From positions 1-50,767 of the forward strand of contig DAHVUT010000026.1 in NCBI GenBank assembly GCA_027328425.1: a stretch of DNA of 50,767 bases, in the 5' to 3' direction. Of this stretch, positions 17,624-26,218 are shown piece after piece. The position numbers and the translations under genes were made by a program. This stretch comes from Candidatus Micrarchaeota archaeon. Lineage in GTDB: Archaea > Micrarchaeota > Micrarchaeia > Micrarchaeales > CABMGC01. Under the pieces are notes generated by a model that made no database searches, had not been told where the DNA came from, and was given only the letters and a program-made list of their open reading frames with translations. Within the stretch, counting starts at the first letter, position 1, and each line of letters opens with the position of its first letter.

Positions 17624-18349
17624 GTGGCCGGAACCGCAAGCGTGCAATCAAAGGCAAAAAAGGCGGCATACTTCGCACTGATACTGTTTTCCATCATGTT
17701 TCTGTTCAGCGTGGCGGCTGAGGGCATTTACTACATGTACCTGCTGGCCACGGGAGCGGGCGCTCAGGCGGCGTACCAGCTGCTCCAATCCAACACCACG
17801 ATGCTGGAATACGTACTCACTGCAGCCACATCATTCTCATTCTCCGCTGCGGCGCTGCTTTACCTGCGTTTCGTAGACAAGAGCAGGAAGCCAGTGCACG
17901 CCAGACTCGGTTTATCGGCAGGCAGGCTCACGCTCGGGAACGTAGGGCTCGGCATCCTGCTCTTCGCGATCGTGCTCGCTTTCGAGGCGCTCGTCTCGGT
18001 GATAGGCGGGGAGGCCGGCATCAGCATACAGACGAACGTGAACCTGCTGCTCGCCGGGGCTCCAACCTGGTTCCTCATTTTCACGGTCTTTATCGCACCC
18101 ATAAACGAGGAGGTGCTCTTCAGGGGCCTCATGGTGCCCAGGATAGGCATAGTCGCGAGCGCGATACTGTTCGCACTGCCGCACATGACGTACGACTCAA
18201 CGTTCGCCATAGAGGTGATAGCCGCCCTGCTTTTTGGCGTGCTGGCAGGCTACGTCTACAAGAGGACTGGTTCGCTCTACGCCAGCATAACGGCCCACAT
18301 GCTCGTCAACGCCCTGCCCGTGCTCACGCTCCTCCTGCTGAGTGCATAG
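17624..18349 (+). CDS. CPBP (CAAX/Abi) family intramembrane metalloprotease
   Basis: EEVLFRG, FALPH, SITAHMLVN motifs. Confidence 0.9.
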   Translation: MAGTASVQSKAKKAAYFALILFSIMFLFSVAAEGIYYMYLLATGAGAQAAYQLLQSNTTMLEYVLTAATSFSFSAAALLYLRFVDKSRKPVHARLGLSAGRLTLGNVGLGILLFAIVLAFEALVSVIGGEAGISIQTNVNLLLAGAPTWFLIFTVFIAPINEEVLFRGLMVPRIGIVASAILFALPHMTYDSTFAIEVIAALLFGVLAGYVYKRTGSLYASITAHMLVNALPVLTLLLLSA

Positions 18350-18350
18350 C

Positions 18351-19052
18351 ATGCCGGTACGCTACAAGCTCGTACTCGTGGAACCAAAATACCAGATCAA
18401 CCTGGGCTACATGGCGCGGGTAGCCATGAACTTCGGCGTCAGGCGCCTCTGCGTAGTAAGACCCAGGGCGAGGCTCACGGGCAAGGATGCAATAAAATAT
18501 TCTAAGCACGCGCACTCGCTCCTCGAGAGCGCGAAGGAGTACAAGAGCGTGGGCGACGCGCTGCGCGGCTGCGGGCTTGTGATAGGCACCACCGGCATAA
18601 CAGGCAAGACCAAGGCAGGTTTCAGGCGGATAAGCTTCGCCGAGGATATAGCAAGGAAGCTCGGCGCGATGAAGAGCAGCACGATTGTGGCGCTACTCAT
18701 AGGGAGGGACGACACGGGGCTCACGCCGCAGGAGATAGAGAGGTGCGACGCGATGGCGTACATACCCACAAGCAGCGAATACCCTGTGCTCAACATATCG
18801 CACGCGCTGGCGATACTGCTCTACCTGCTCGAGCGCGAGCACATAGAGAGCGCCGGAGTGGCCGGGATGGAAAAGGAAGAGGCGAAGGAGAGCGAAATGA
18901 GGACGCTGCTGCGCGAATTCGGCAGGCTAACGGAAGGCAAAAGACTGCGCAACAGGCGCAACGTGGCTAGGGTATTCGAAAGAATTGTGAGGAACGCGCA
19001 GCCAAGCAGGAGCGAACTGCACGCTCTCATCACAGCAATAAAGCAGCAATAG
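18351..19052 (+). CDS. trmJ: SPOUT RNA methyltransferase, TrmJ family
   Basis: VLVEPK..NLGYMARVAMNFG, GRDDTGLT..EI, YPVLNISHA. Confidence 0.85.
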   Translation: MPVRYKLVLVEPKYQINLGYMARVAMNFGVRRLCVVRPRARLTGKDAIKYSKHAHSLLESAKEYKSVGDALRGCGLVIGTTGITGKTKAGFRRISFAEDIARKLGAMKSSTIVALLIGRDDTGLTPQEIERCDAMAYIPTSSEYPVLNISHALAILLYLLEREHIESAGVAGMEKEEAKESEMRTLLREFGRLTEGKRLRNRRNVARVFERIVRNAQPSRSELHALITAIKQQ

Positions 19053-19439
19053 CTACTGCTTCGCCATCCCCGGCTTCTTCCTCTTTATTATCTTCACTTT
19101 CGCCGGCGTTATGAGCACACGCGTGTCATCTATCTGCGCTATGTCGCCGTTTATCTTCGCGGCGTAATCCTTAAGCGCCGTAAGCACGTTGTTCCTTGTG
19201 TTGGGCCTCTTCGCGAGCTCCTCTATGCTAAGCAGCAGTATGTTCTTCTTGCCGAGCTCATCCTCTATGAACTTCACCTCGTCCTCGCTCGATATCGTCA
19301 CGGGCTTCACGTACATGTCCGCTGGCTCGTGCATCATGTCAACGTCGTCCATCTCGGCGCTGTTCATGTACTCTTCTATGTCCATCTCCTTTGAGGAGGT
19401 AACACCAAATGCTTGCCCTAGTTTGTCAAAAACTCCCAT
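19053..19439 (-). CDS. sepF: cell division protein SepF (archaeal type)
   Basis: N-terminal amphipathic MGVFDKL; C-terminal INGDIAQI..VLITPAKVKI. Confidence 0.85.
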   Translation of the reverse strand: MGVFDKLGQAFGVTSSKEMDIEEYMNSAEMDDVDMMHEPADMYVKPVTISSEDEVKFIEDELGKKNILLLSIEELAKRPNTRNNVLTALKDYAAKINGDIAQIDDTRVLITPAKVKIIKRKKPGMAKQ

Positions 19440-19565
19440 GTTCTACACCGGTCGCAACCATATATGTTATGTATCATCTTTTTAATCTTTTCTTTGCGGC
19501 GACAATAGTGGCGGGCATGCAAACGAATGATTTTTAGACGCAGGCATCATACGCTGTGAAGAACA

Positions 19566-19683
19566 CCGAGGCAAGCCTTGGGGCATCGAGTGGCTGACTT
19601 TCGTGAGGTTCCCCTCGAAATTTGCAGCCCCGCCGCAAGCGGTCGGGGCATTCCCGGCGGCAACGGGCCGCATACTCGATGTC
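19566..19683. ncRNA. unassigned structured RNA candidate
   Basis: GGCATCGAGT (19582) / ACTCGATGTC (19674) helix encloses several hairpins; extra hairpin at 19566-19581; intergenic; no family recognised. Confidence 0.35.
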
Positions 19684-19721
19684 GACTGCGGCTGGGGCGC
19701 TGAATGGCTAGGATTGCGCCG

Positions 19722-21839
19722 TTACACCTGGACCTGGTCCATTATCCTCTTGGCCGTCTCCTTGCCGAAGAGCCTCTCCACTCTCTCCGCAGAGCCAGGA
19801 AGCCTGAGGTCGGACACGCATCTTATTCCGTTGTCGTACATGAGCCTGGCCCTCACCCTTCCCACCTGCTCAAGCCTTACCAGGTCGAGCAGCTCCTTGC
19901 GTATTCCGTACTTGGCGCGCACCCTTATCTCGAGCAGCTTCGTCATGCCCAGGTGAGACAGCTTGGCCAGCTCCGAGGCGGCATAGAGGAGCCAATCTGC
20001 ATTCGTCTGCTTTGCGAATAGGGTTCCGGGGGTGGTGCCGTAGTTCTTGACTATGTCGCGCTCCTGTTTCTCGTCTATCCAGTCGCGCAGCATAAGGGCG
20101 GTGCTCAGAGGCTTGACAGGGTCATAGTAGCCGTAAGAGCCATCGAAGTTCGCCCCAGTGCCCTCCAGCATGGGCTCGTAGTTGAAGAAGAGCTCGTTGG
20201 CCTCTTCGGTAATGCGCACGTATGGCCGCATCTCGGCGGTGTTGCAGATTGCGAACAGGTATGCGACCTCGTCCTTCGCCCTGGGAAGCGCGTCCAGCAG
20301 CCACCTGGCGGAGAGCGGGTCTATGTAGAGCTCGCTTATCCTGTGTCCTATCCTTGTGGGCGCGTATACGCTGCCATGCCTGGTTATGAAGCCCCAGGAC
20401 TCGAGCTGCTTCAGCACGTCGGCCAGCAGCTCCTCCAGCTCCCTCGTGCTAGCGAACTGGAAGCCGTAAAGTGTTTCGTTGAGGAACGAGAGCATGCCTT
20501 CGCGCGTCTTGAGCATCTGGGTCGCGACGAAGCCAAGCACGTGCATGCGAAGCACGGGCAGCACGCCCAACTTGGAGCGTATCGGCTCAAGATCTGAGTT
20601 CATGTAGCGCTCGTAGAGGTCCATTATCTCCGCCTTGCTCCTAGCTATGAGCAGCGCGCGGCCCTCCGTGTCGTACTTCGGCCTGCCGGCGCGCCCGAAG
20701 AGCTGCGTAACCTCGTTTACGCTGAGTTTCTCTGCGCCCGCACCGTCGCTGTACCTGCTCGTGTCCCTCACGAGCACGGTATGCGCAGGAAGGTTCACGC
20801 CCAAAGCCAAAGTCGGTGTGGAGCATATGACCTTTATCAGGTTGCGCCTGAAAGCATCCTCTACGAGCTTGCGCTGCACGTTCACAAGTCCGCTGTGGTG
20901 GAAGGCCGCGCCCTTAGCCACTATCTTCGCAAGCCTCTCGCACTGCACGGTGGGCCTTCCGAGCGCATGGAGTATATCATCGCTTAGCTTGGACAGCTGC
21001 GCCTTCTCGTTGGCCGTGAGCGATTGCTCAATTATGCGCGCAGCCTTCTCCGCGCTGGCCTCCGCGTTGCGCCTCGTGCTCAGGAATACGAGCATCTGCT
21101 TCTTCCTGGCCAGCGTGTCCTGCACAACCCTGGATTCGGGCAGCACGCTGGATCCGGCGAGCTCCTCCTCGCTGCCGAGATAGTATGCCTTGCCGTTGAA
21201 GACCACTCCCTTGTCCAGCTTCACGGGCCTGTACTCGCTCTCCACAAGCTCGGCGTGAAGCCAGGCGGCAAGCTCGTTGGCGTTGCCTATTGTAGCGCTG
21301 AGCGCAAGGAGCTGCGCATGTTCGCAGAGCCTGCGCAGCTTCGTGATGAGCACCTCCAGCGTAGGCCCCCTGCCCGCGTCATCGAGCATATGCACCTCAT
21401 CGAAGACGACGCACCCCACGTTGTCCAGCCAGTCAAGGCCGTGCCTTATCAGGCTGTCAAACTTCTCGGTAGACACGAATATTATATCGTATTCCGAGAG
21501 CCATTTGTCGAGCGAATCAAGGTCGCCTATGGACATTGCAATCCTGATGAAAGGATACGCTGTCTTGAACTCCTCGAACTTCTCGCTTACGAGGGCGCGC
21601 ATGGGGGCCACGTACACCGCCTTCTTGCCGTAGCCAAGCACCCAGCGCAGCATCGCCAGTTCGGCTATGAAAGTCTTGCCGCTTGCGGTAGGCGACGCCA
21701 CCACCATGCTGGTTCCCGACAGCAGACCGCGCTTTATTGCAAGCTCCTGCGGCGGGGTGAGATCTTTTATGCCGCGCTGCGCTATGGACTCGAACATTTC
21801 GTTGGGAACGCGACCCTTGAGCTCGCTTGCCTGCATCAT
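19722..21839 (-). CDS. hel308: Ski2-like DNA helicase Hel308
   Basis: PTASGKT, DEVH, LSAT, FHHSGL, GVNLPA, QLFGRAGRP, VGRVRAR. Confidence 0.95.
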   Translation of the reverse strand: MMQASELKGRVPNEMFESIAQRGIKDLTPPQELAIKRGLLSGTSMVVASPTASGKTFIAELAMLRWVLGYGKKAVYVAPMRALVSEKFEEFKTAYPFIRIAMSIGDLDSLDKWLSEYDIIFVSTEKFDSLIRHGLDWLDNVGCVVFDEVHMLDDAGRGPTLEVLITKLRRLCEHAQLLALSATIGNANELAAWLHAELVESEYRPVKLDKGVVFNGKAYYLGSEEELAGSSVLPESRVVQDTLARKKQMLVFLSTRRNAEASAEKAARIIEQSLTANEKAQLSKLSDDILHALGRPTVQCERLAKIVAKGAAFHHSGLVNVQRKLVEDAFRRNLIKVICSTPTLALGVNLPAHTVLVRDTSRYSDGAGAEKLSVNEVTQLFGRAGRPKYDTEGRALLIARSKAEIMDLYERYMNSDLEPIRSKLGVLPVLRMHVLGFVATQMLKTREGMLSFLNETLYGFQFASTRELEELLADVLKQLESWGFITRHGSVYAPTRIGHRISELYIDPLSARWLLDALPRAKDEVAYLFAICNTAEMRPYVRITEEANELFFNYEPMLEGTGANFDGSYGYYDPVKPLSTALMLRDWIDEKQERDIVKNYGTTPGTLFAKQTNADWLLYAASELAKLSHLGMTKLLEIRVRAKYGIRKELLDLVRLEQVGRVRARLMYDNGIRCVSDLRLPGSAERVERLFGKETAKRIMDQVQV

Positions 21840-21858
21840 GCAATGCTATCTGCTTTTT

Positions 21859-22911
21859 CTATAATAACCTTTTGTATTCAGCGAACGTCCTGCGCACCAT
21901 GCGCTGCCACGTGAAGCCCCTTGCATACCCTATCGCCCGCTTCGATGCAGGCCTGGGGTCTGATGAGAGTGCAATCGCTTTCTCGACAATCTCCTCCTCC
22001 GTGCCCTTGAATGCATACCTGCTTGTTTCCTCGGGTATCGTTGCATCCTTCAGCACAAGCGTGTTTGTGCCGCTGGCCATCGCATTGAGTATTGGGAGCC
22101 CCTGTCCCTCGTAAGTCGAGAGGTGCAGATAGGCTGCTGCGCGGCTCATGTACTCCGCAACCGTGTTGTCGTCTGCCCTGTAATGCAGCAACACGTTCCT
22201 ATCCGAGACGTGCTTTAAGCCCTGCATAACGGAAGCCAACACCGGCTGCGCGTCAGGGCTGGAGGTGAATATGTGGAGCCTGGACTTCCTCTCCGCGGCT
22301 ACCTTGTCGAAGACGCGGAGCAGGCCCTCCAGGTTCTTGTGCCTCAGGTGTATCGTGCCGAGGTACACGAAATCGCTGCGTTCGCCCCGCCATACGCGCG
22401 TGCGCAGGTACGCCTCGTCCACGCCAAGGGGTATTATCACGTTCCTCTTCGAAGCATCATACACGCAGTACTGCTTCATGCTGCTTTTCAGCTCCTTCAG
22501 CGTCTGGGAACTGTTGCATATGTTCGTGTCTGTGTCAGCATAGTTCCCTGTGGCTATCCTTTTCACCATGCCGGCAGCTATGTTGAAGCTCTCCGTGAAC
22601 CTTGGCTTATAGCGCTGCTGGCTCCCGCTCCTGTACTTGGAGAGCAGCCTGAGATCGTGCCACATCGTGAGCATCCTGGCCTTGCCCTTCCTCACGCGGA
22701 GCACGTCAGGATACATGAGGTGCACTATGTCCGATCCGGTTATTATGGCGGGGTAGAAAGGACGCACAATTTTAGGCAGCTTGTAAGTGGCTATGAGCCT
22801 CGTAATGGCCTTGCCCCTCACCCCCTTGTAGATCTCTGCAGAATACCTGCTTATGCCGTCGTTTGCGGAGAAGTCGAAGTCGCGGCCTACGAGCGTAACC
22901 CTCATATACAT
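21859..22911 (-). CDS. glycosyltransferase family 4 (GT-B fold)
   Basis: GISRY, HKNL, STYEGQGLPILNAMASG, FTW. Confidence 0.88.
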   Translation of the reverse strand: MYMRVTLVGRDFDFSANDGISRYSAEIYKGVRGKAITRLIATYKLPKIVRPFYPAIITGSDIVHLMYPDVLRVRKGKARMLTMWHDLRLLSKYRSGSQQRYKPRFTESFNIAAGMVKRIATGNYADTDTNICNSSQTLKELKSSMKQYCVYDASKRNVIIPLGVDEAYLRTRVWRGERSDFVYLGTIHLRHKNLEGLLRVFDKVAAERKSRLHIFTSSPDAQPVLASVMQGLKHVSDRNVLLHYRADDNTVAEYMSRAAAYLHLSTYEGQGLPILNAMASGTNTLVLKDATIPEETSRYAFKGTEEEIVEKAIALSSDPRPASKRAIGYARGFTWQRMVRRTFAEYKRLL

Positions 22912-23035
22912 GCCTTACTGGTTATCTGGGCAATGCAACCTTTTTATTGTTGGTGCGTGGCGCTTTGCGGCAGAGAGAACCAATTTTAACTTTAATTAGC
23001 GGGAAATCCCATACCATTTATGGGTGGGATAAAAG

Positions 23036-23149
23036 TAGCGTCCTGACATTTGATAGTTCCACTATTCGAGGAGAGCGAATCTTTTTCTCGACGATACGAT
23101 AAATATGGAATTTTATCACGCCTTTACAGAGAGAAATGTCAGGATCCTA
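23036..23149. mobile_element. 114-bp MITE nested in the IS left end
   Basis: 16-bp imperfect TIRs TAGCGTCCTGACATTT / AAATGTCAGGATCCTA (inner 11 bp perfect), flanked by ATAAAAG / ATGAAAG (7-bp TSD with 1 mismatch). Confidence 0.65.
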
Positions 23150-23210
23150 ATGAAAGCGAGGGCAGAAGTATTATATATCCTATGGTGTATATATTGCGTA
23201 GAGGTTGTGT

Positions 23211-23333
23211 ATGAAACAGAGAACAAACATACAAATTGAACACAAAACATTAGAGAAGCTACAAAAATTGCGGATAACAAAGAGAGAAACCTACGACGAG
23301 ATTATCAATAGACTGATGGCTTTGGTGAAATAG
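23211..23333 (+). CDS. 40-aa ribbon-helix-helix (antitoxin/CopG-like) DNA-binding protein
   Basis: Manual translation MKQRTNIQIEHKTLEKLQKLRITKRETYDEIINRLMALVK; beta-alpha-alpha pattern; stop overlaps the tnpB GTG. Confidence 0.75.
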   Translation: MKQRTNIQIEHKTLEKLQKLRITKRETYDEIINRLMALVK

Positions 23334-24469
23334 TGGACAGAACATACAAGTTCAGGCTGTATCCGACAAAGGTACAACAGAAGAACCTTGACATGCATAG
23401 GTATATCTCAAAGACACTGTGGAACTGCCTCCTTGAGTTTGCGATAAAGAAGTATGAAGAAACGGGGAAATTTCCCACAAGGTCTCAGTTGCAGTTGGAG
23501 GTAAAGAGCGTGGGCATGCACTCACAATCCTCACAGGAAATCTCTCACAGATTGAACGATGCACTTTTCAGATGCTTCAAACTTAGGAAACAGGGAAAGA
23601 AGGCGGGCTTTCCTAGATTCAGGAACATAGACAGGGCAAAGTCAATCCATTATCCGCAGTCTGGTTTCTCGATAACAGGGAAGAAACTGCGAGTAACGCC
23701 TTTCGGAGAAATCAACACTATAATCCACAGGTCAATCGAAGGCAAAGTAAAGACGCTGTCCCTGAAAAGGGAGTCATCTGGAAAATGGTTTGCGGTATTC
23801 ACGGCGGAACAGGAAGAAAAGTCATTCATATCCAACGGCAAGGAGCAGATTGGAATTGATTTGGGCCTGAAGACTTTTGCCGCTCTCTCCAATGGGAAGA
23901 AGACGGAGAACCCAAGGCATCTTGCAAGGTGGGAGAGGCTGCTTGCGAGGAGGCAGAAACAGTTGTCGGGCAAGAAGAAAGGGAGCAGGAACAGGTTCGA
24001 GGCGAAGAGGAAGGTCGCTACCATTTACGAGAAAGCCCAAAACACAAGGACGGACTTTCTGCACAAAATATCTACGCGGTTAGTGAATGCATACTCTTTG
24101 ATAGGTTTGGAGAGGTTGCGGGCACAGCAAATGGCGGAACGTGCGTATGGCAAACAGATAAACGATGCGGGCTGGAGCAGGTTTGCGAACATGCTGACAT
24201 ACAAAGCTGGGAACGCTGGTTGTCAGATAGTGTTCGTGGACGCAAAGGGAACGACAAAGACCTGCCATGTCTGCGGCAACAGGCAGGACATGCCCCTCTA
24301 TGAGAGGACATACGTCTGCGGCAACTGCGGTTCTGTTACCGACAGGGACATAAATGCGAGCATAAACATATTGCACAGAGCATTACCGATGGGCAATCGG
24401 GAAGTTACGCTTGGGGAGACGCCTACAGGGTTGTCGAAGAACCAAGAAGCTCACATCCTTCAGGGGTGA
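23333..24469 (+). CDS. tnpB: RNA-guided endonuclease TnpB
   Basis: YKFRLYPT, GFPRFR, GIDLG (RuvC-I), LERL (RuvC-II), CHVCG/CGNCG zinc finger, DRDINASINI (RuvC-III); catalytic D-E-D intact. Confidence 0.97.
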   Translation: MDRTYKFRLYPTKVQQKNLDMHRYISKTLWNCLLEFAIKKYEETGKFPTRSQLQLEVKSVGMHSQSSQEISHRLNDALFRCFKLRKQGKKAGFPRFRNIDRAKSIHYPQSGFSITGKKLRVTPFGEINTIIHRSIEGKVKTLSLKRESSGKWFAVFTAEQEEKSFISNGKEQIGIDLGLKTFAALSNGKKTENPRHLARWERLLARRQKQLSGKKKGSRNRFEAKRKVATIYEKAQNTRTDFLHKISTRLVNAYSLIGLERLRAQQMAERAYGKQINDAGWSRFANMLTYKAGNAGCQIVFVDAKGTTKTCHVCGNRQDMPLYERTYVCGNCGSVTDRDINASINILHRALPMGNREVTLGETPTGLSKNQEAHILQG

Positions 24470-24504
24470 GGGTATGTCACACCTTTTATGCAAACTATTA
24501 GTGC
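24370..24504 (+). ncRNA. predicted TnpB omega/reRNA (scaffold to 24480 plus flanking guide)
   Basis: Established position overlapping the tnpB 3' end and right end; CCGAT-GGGCA-ATCGG and right-end hairpins; boundaries inferred. Confidence 0.55.
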
Positions 24505-24576
24505 GCCCTGGTAACTCAGTGGTAGAGTGCGAGTTTTGTAAACTCGAAGCCGAGGGTTCGACCCCCTCCCAGGGCT
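24505..24576 (+). tRNA. tRNA-Thr(UGU), no intron, CCA not encoded
   Basis: Cloverleaf: GCCCTGG/CCAGGGC acceptor, ACTC/GAGT D arm, CGAGT-TTTGTAA-ACTCG anticodon arm, GAGGG-TTCGACC-CCCTC T arm, U73. Confidence 0.97.
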
Positions 24577-24622
24577 AGGAGAAAATCGAGTGGAGATTAT
24601 TGCCCGATTAGATAAGTATGCA

Positions 24623-24970
24623 TCAGGAGATATTGTGTAGCAGCTCTTCTATCTCCTTGCCGAAGCCGGCCGTCTCTTTTATCCATAACGGAACGTCGTG
24701 CTCTGATTTTACAAACTTGAGAAGCTCTCCACGTATTTTGGTTGTCTTCGCCTTTAATCCTTTGTTTTTTGTCGTAAGCCCGGCCTGCTCGAGGCTGTCA
24801 CAGGCGTTGAGCACGTGCGCCCCTGCACTGACAAACGCATCCTCGTCCAAGTATGCCCCGCCAAAAGGCTTTTTCTTCATCGCTTTTTGGGCGGTCATGA
24901 TGGCAACCAATATCTCCTGGATAGCGTCGTTCAGCCAACGGCCCGCCATCCGCTCGTAGAAGTCTGGCAT
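24623..24970 (-). CDS. hypothetical protein (helical)
   Basis: 115-aa ORF with TATA-like sequence upstream on the minus strand; no motif. Confidence 0.6.
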   Translation of the reverse strand: MPDFYERMAGRWLNDAIQEILVAIMTAQKAMKKKPFGGAYLDEDAFVSAGAHVLNACDSLEQAGLTTKNKGLKAKTTKIRGELLKFVKSEHDVPLWIKETAGFGKEIEELLHNIS

Positions 24971-25161
24971 TGTGTGCGCACCTCTATGCGATTATATAGA
25001 AATACGGCACTTTATAGCGTTATGCATTGCCCCAACGATGCAGTTCAAGAGCCAAAGAGATGGAAAAGCCAGCCTAACTGGCCTTCGGACTGGAGGCGGC
25101 ATTAAGCTCGATCATGCATAGCGTTTTTAAATCCTCATAGATACAGAGTTAAGGGATTGGA

Positions 25162-25551
25162 ATGCGTCTTCAAGAACGTCTAATCATCCTGGGCATCCTG
25201 ATTGCAGCCATGCTCGCTTTTATCGCCCTGAATGCATGGGGGATTGCGTTCATACTCCTGCTTGTGTTCCTGGGGCTATCTGGAATAATAGTCATATGGT
25301 GGATCTTCCTGCTTCTGCTCGTGGTATTCGGAATTGCTTTTCTATTCATTGCACCGGCCATACCGGGAGGCGTGAATTATTGGCCTCTGATTCCGATTCT
25401 GGCAGCGATTGCGACAGCCTTCGAGGCATACCGTCTTGGCAAAATCCCGACCGGCATCACCCTTACCAAGAAGGAAAGCGAGAAGCAGGAGCGCGCCAGA
25501 AAATACGCAGAGGACGTGCTCAAGGAGGCGAAGAAGGAAAAAGACAGGTAA
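25162..25551 (+). CDS. hypothetical membrane protein
   Basis: Long hydrophobic N-terminus with 3-4 TM and a charged C-terminal tail; TTTTTAAA upstream. Confidence 0.7.
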   Translation: MRLQERLIILGILIAAMLAFIALNAWGIAFILLLVFLGLSGIIVIWWIFLLLLVVFGIAFLFIAPAIPGGVNYWPLIPILAAIATAFEAYRLGKIPTGITLTKKESEKQERARKYAEDVLKEAKKEKDR

Positions 25552-25593
25552 ACAGGGGCGTGGAAGCAAGGGCGAGGGCAGGAAATCCGCATT

Positions 25594-25815
25594 TCAGCCA
25601 TACATCTTCTTCTTCAACCAGAAGCCGTATATGACATAGCCCGCAATGAAGATGACGAAGATGATGATGAAAGTCCGCGAGCTTATGGCTTTCGCTGAGA
25701 CAGCCCAAAGGTCGAACGCAAGCACAAGAAACCATATGAAATAAAAGTAAGTTAGGAATATCTTCTTTATGTCTGCCATGGCATCTTCCGCTTCAACACT
25801 AGTATATTCGCCCAT
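25594..25815 (-). CDS. small 2-TM membrane protein
   Basis: 73-aa ORF with two hydrophobic segments; start could be 25779. Confidence 0.55.
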   Translation of the reverse strand: MGEYTSVEAEDAMADIKKIFLTYFYFIWFLVLAFDLWAVSAKAISSRTFIIIFVIFIAGYVIYGFWLKKKMYG

Positions 25816-25856
25816 ATATTATTAAAACTTAGTTCAGATGTTTACTGGTGCGGTTC

Positions 25857-26144
25857 ATGGTCAAGATTAACAGCGAAAAGGAGGCCGAACAACTCGCCCT
25901 GGAATGGGCTGCTGAAGCAGTCGAGAAGTTGAATGACGAAAAACACATGAACTGCAAGGACCCGAAGGTTTCGTCAAAAGCAGTGTATGATGAGGATCTC
26001 CGCATATATGATGTGGTGGTGGAACTCTGGTGCAGGTCAATCATATTCAACCAGAAATTGATGTACAGGCTGAGCATAGGCACGAATGGAAAGATACAAG
26101 ATGTAAAGCAAATAGACGAAGGAGTTGACATGCCTCCGCAGTAG
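25857..26144 (+). CDS. hypothetical protein
   Basis: 95-aa ORF; helix then beta-rich pattern (PepSY-like at best). Confidence 0.55.
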   Translation: MVKINSEKEAEQLALEWAAEAVEKLNDEKHMNCKDPKVSSKAVYDEDLRIYDVVVELWCRSIIFNQKLMYRLSIGTNGKIQDVKQIDEGVDMPPQ

Positions 26145-26218
26145 AGGCTTGGTGCATCTGTTTTCAGCATTAGCAAGAACTTTAAACCTTGGCAGCGCAA
26201 TAGCTTCAGTCCTTGGCA

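Larger units (their letters stand above)
22991..24480 (+). mobile_element. IS200/IS605-family (IS1341-like, tnpA-less) element carrying RHH + tnpB
   Basis: Left-end hairpin GAAATCCCATACCATTTATGGGTGGGAT after TTTAAC; right-end hairpin GAAGCTCACATCCTTCAGGGGTGAG ending ATGTCAC; left boundary approximate. Confidence 0.85.

Noticed and set aside
17464-17721. 85-aa ORF after S24e
   Set aside because: The wrong frame; S27ae at 17468-17617 is the real gene
19500-19721. SRP RNA, 5S rRNA or a known riboswitch
   Set aside because: No SRP helix-8 motif, no 5S consensus and no riboswitch core recognised
23141-23170. Hammerhead-like CTAATGA...GAA core
   Set aside because: Core deviates from CUGAnGA and the sequence is better explained as the MITE end plus the IS left end
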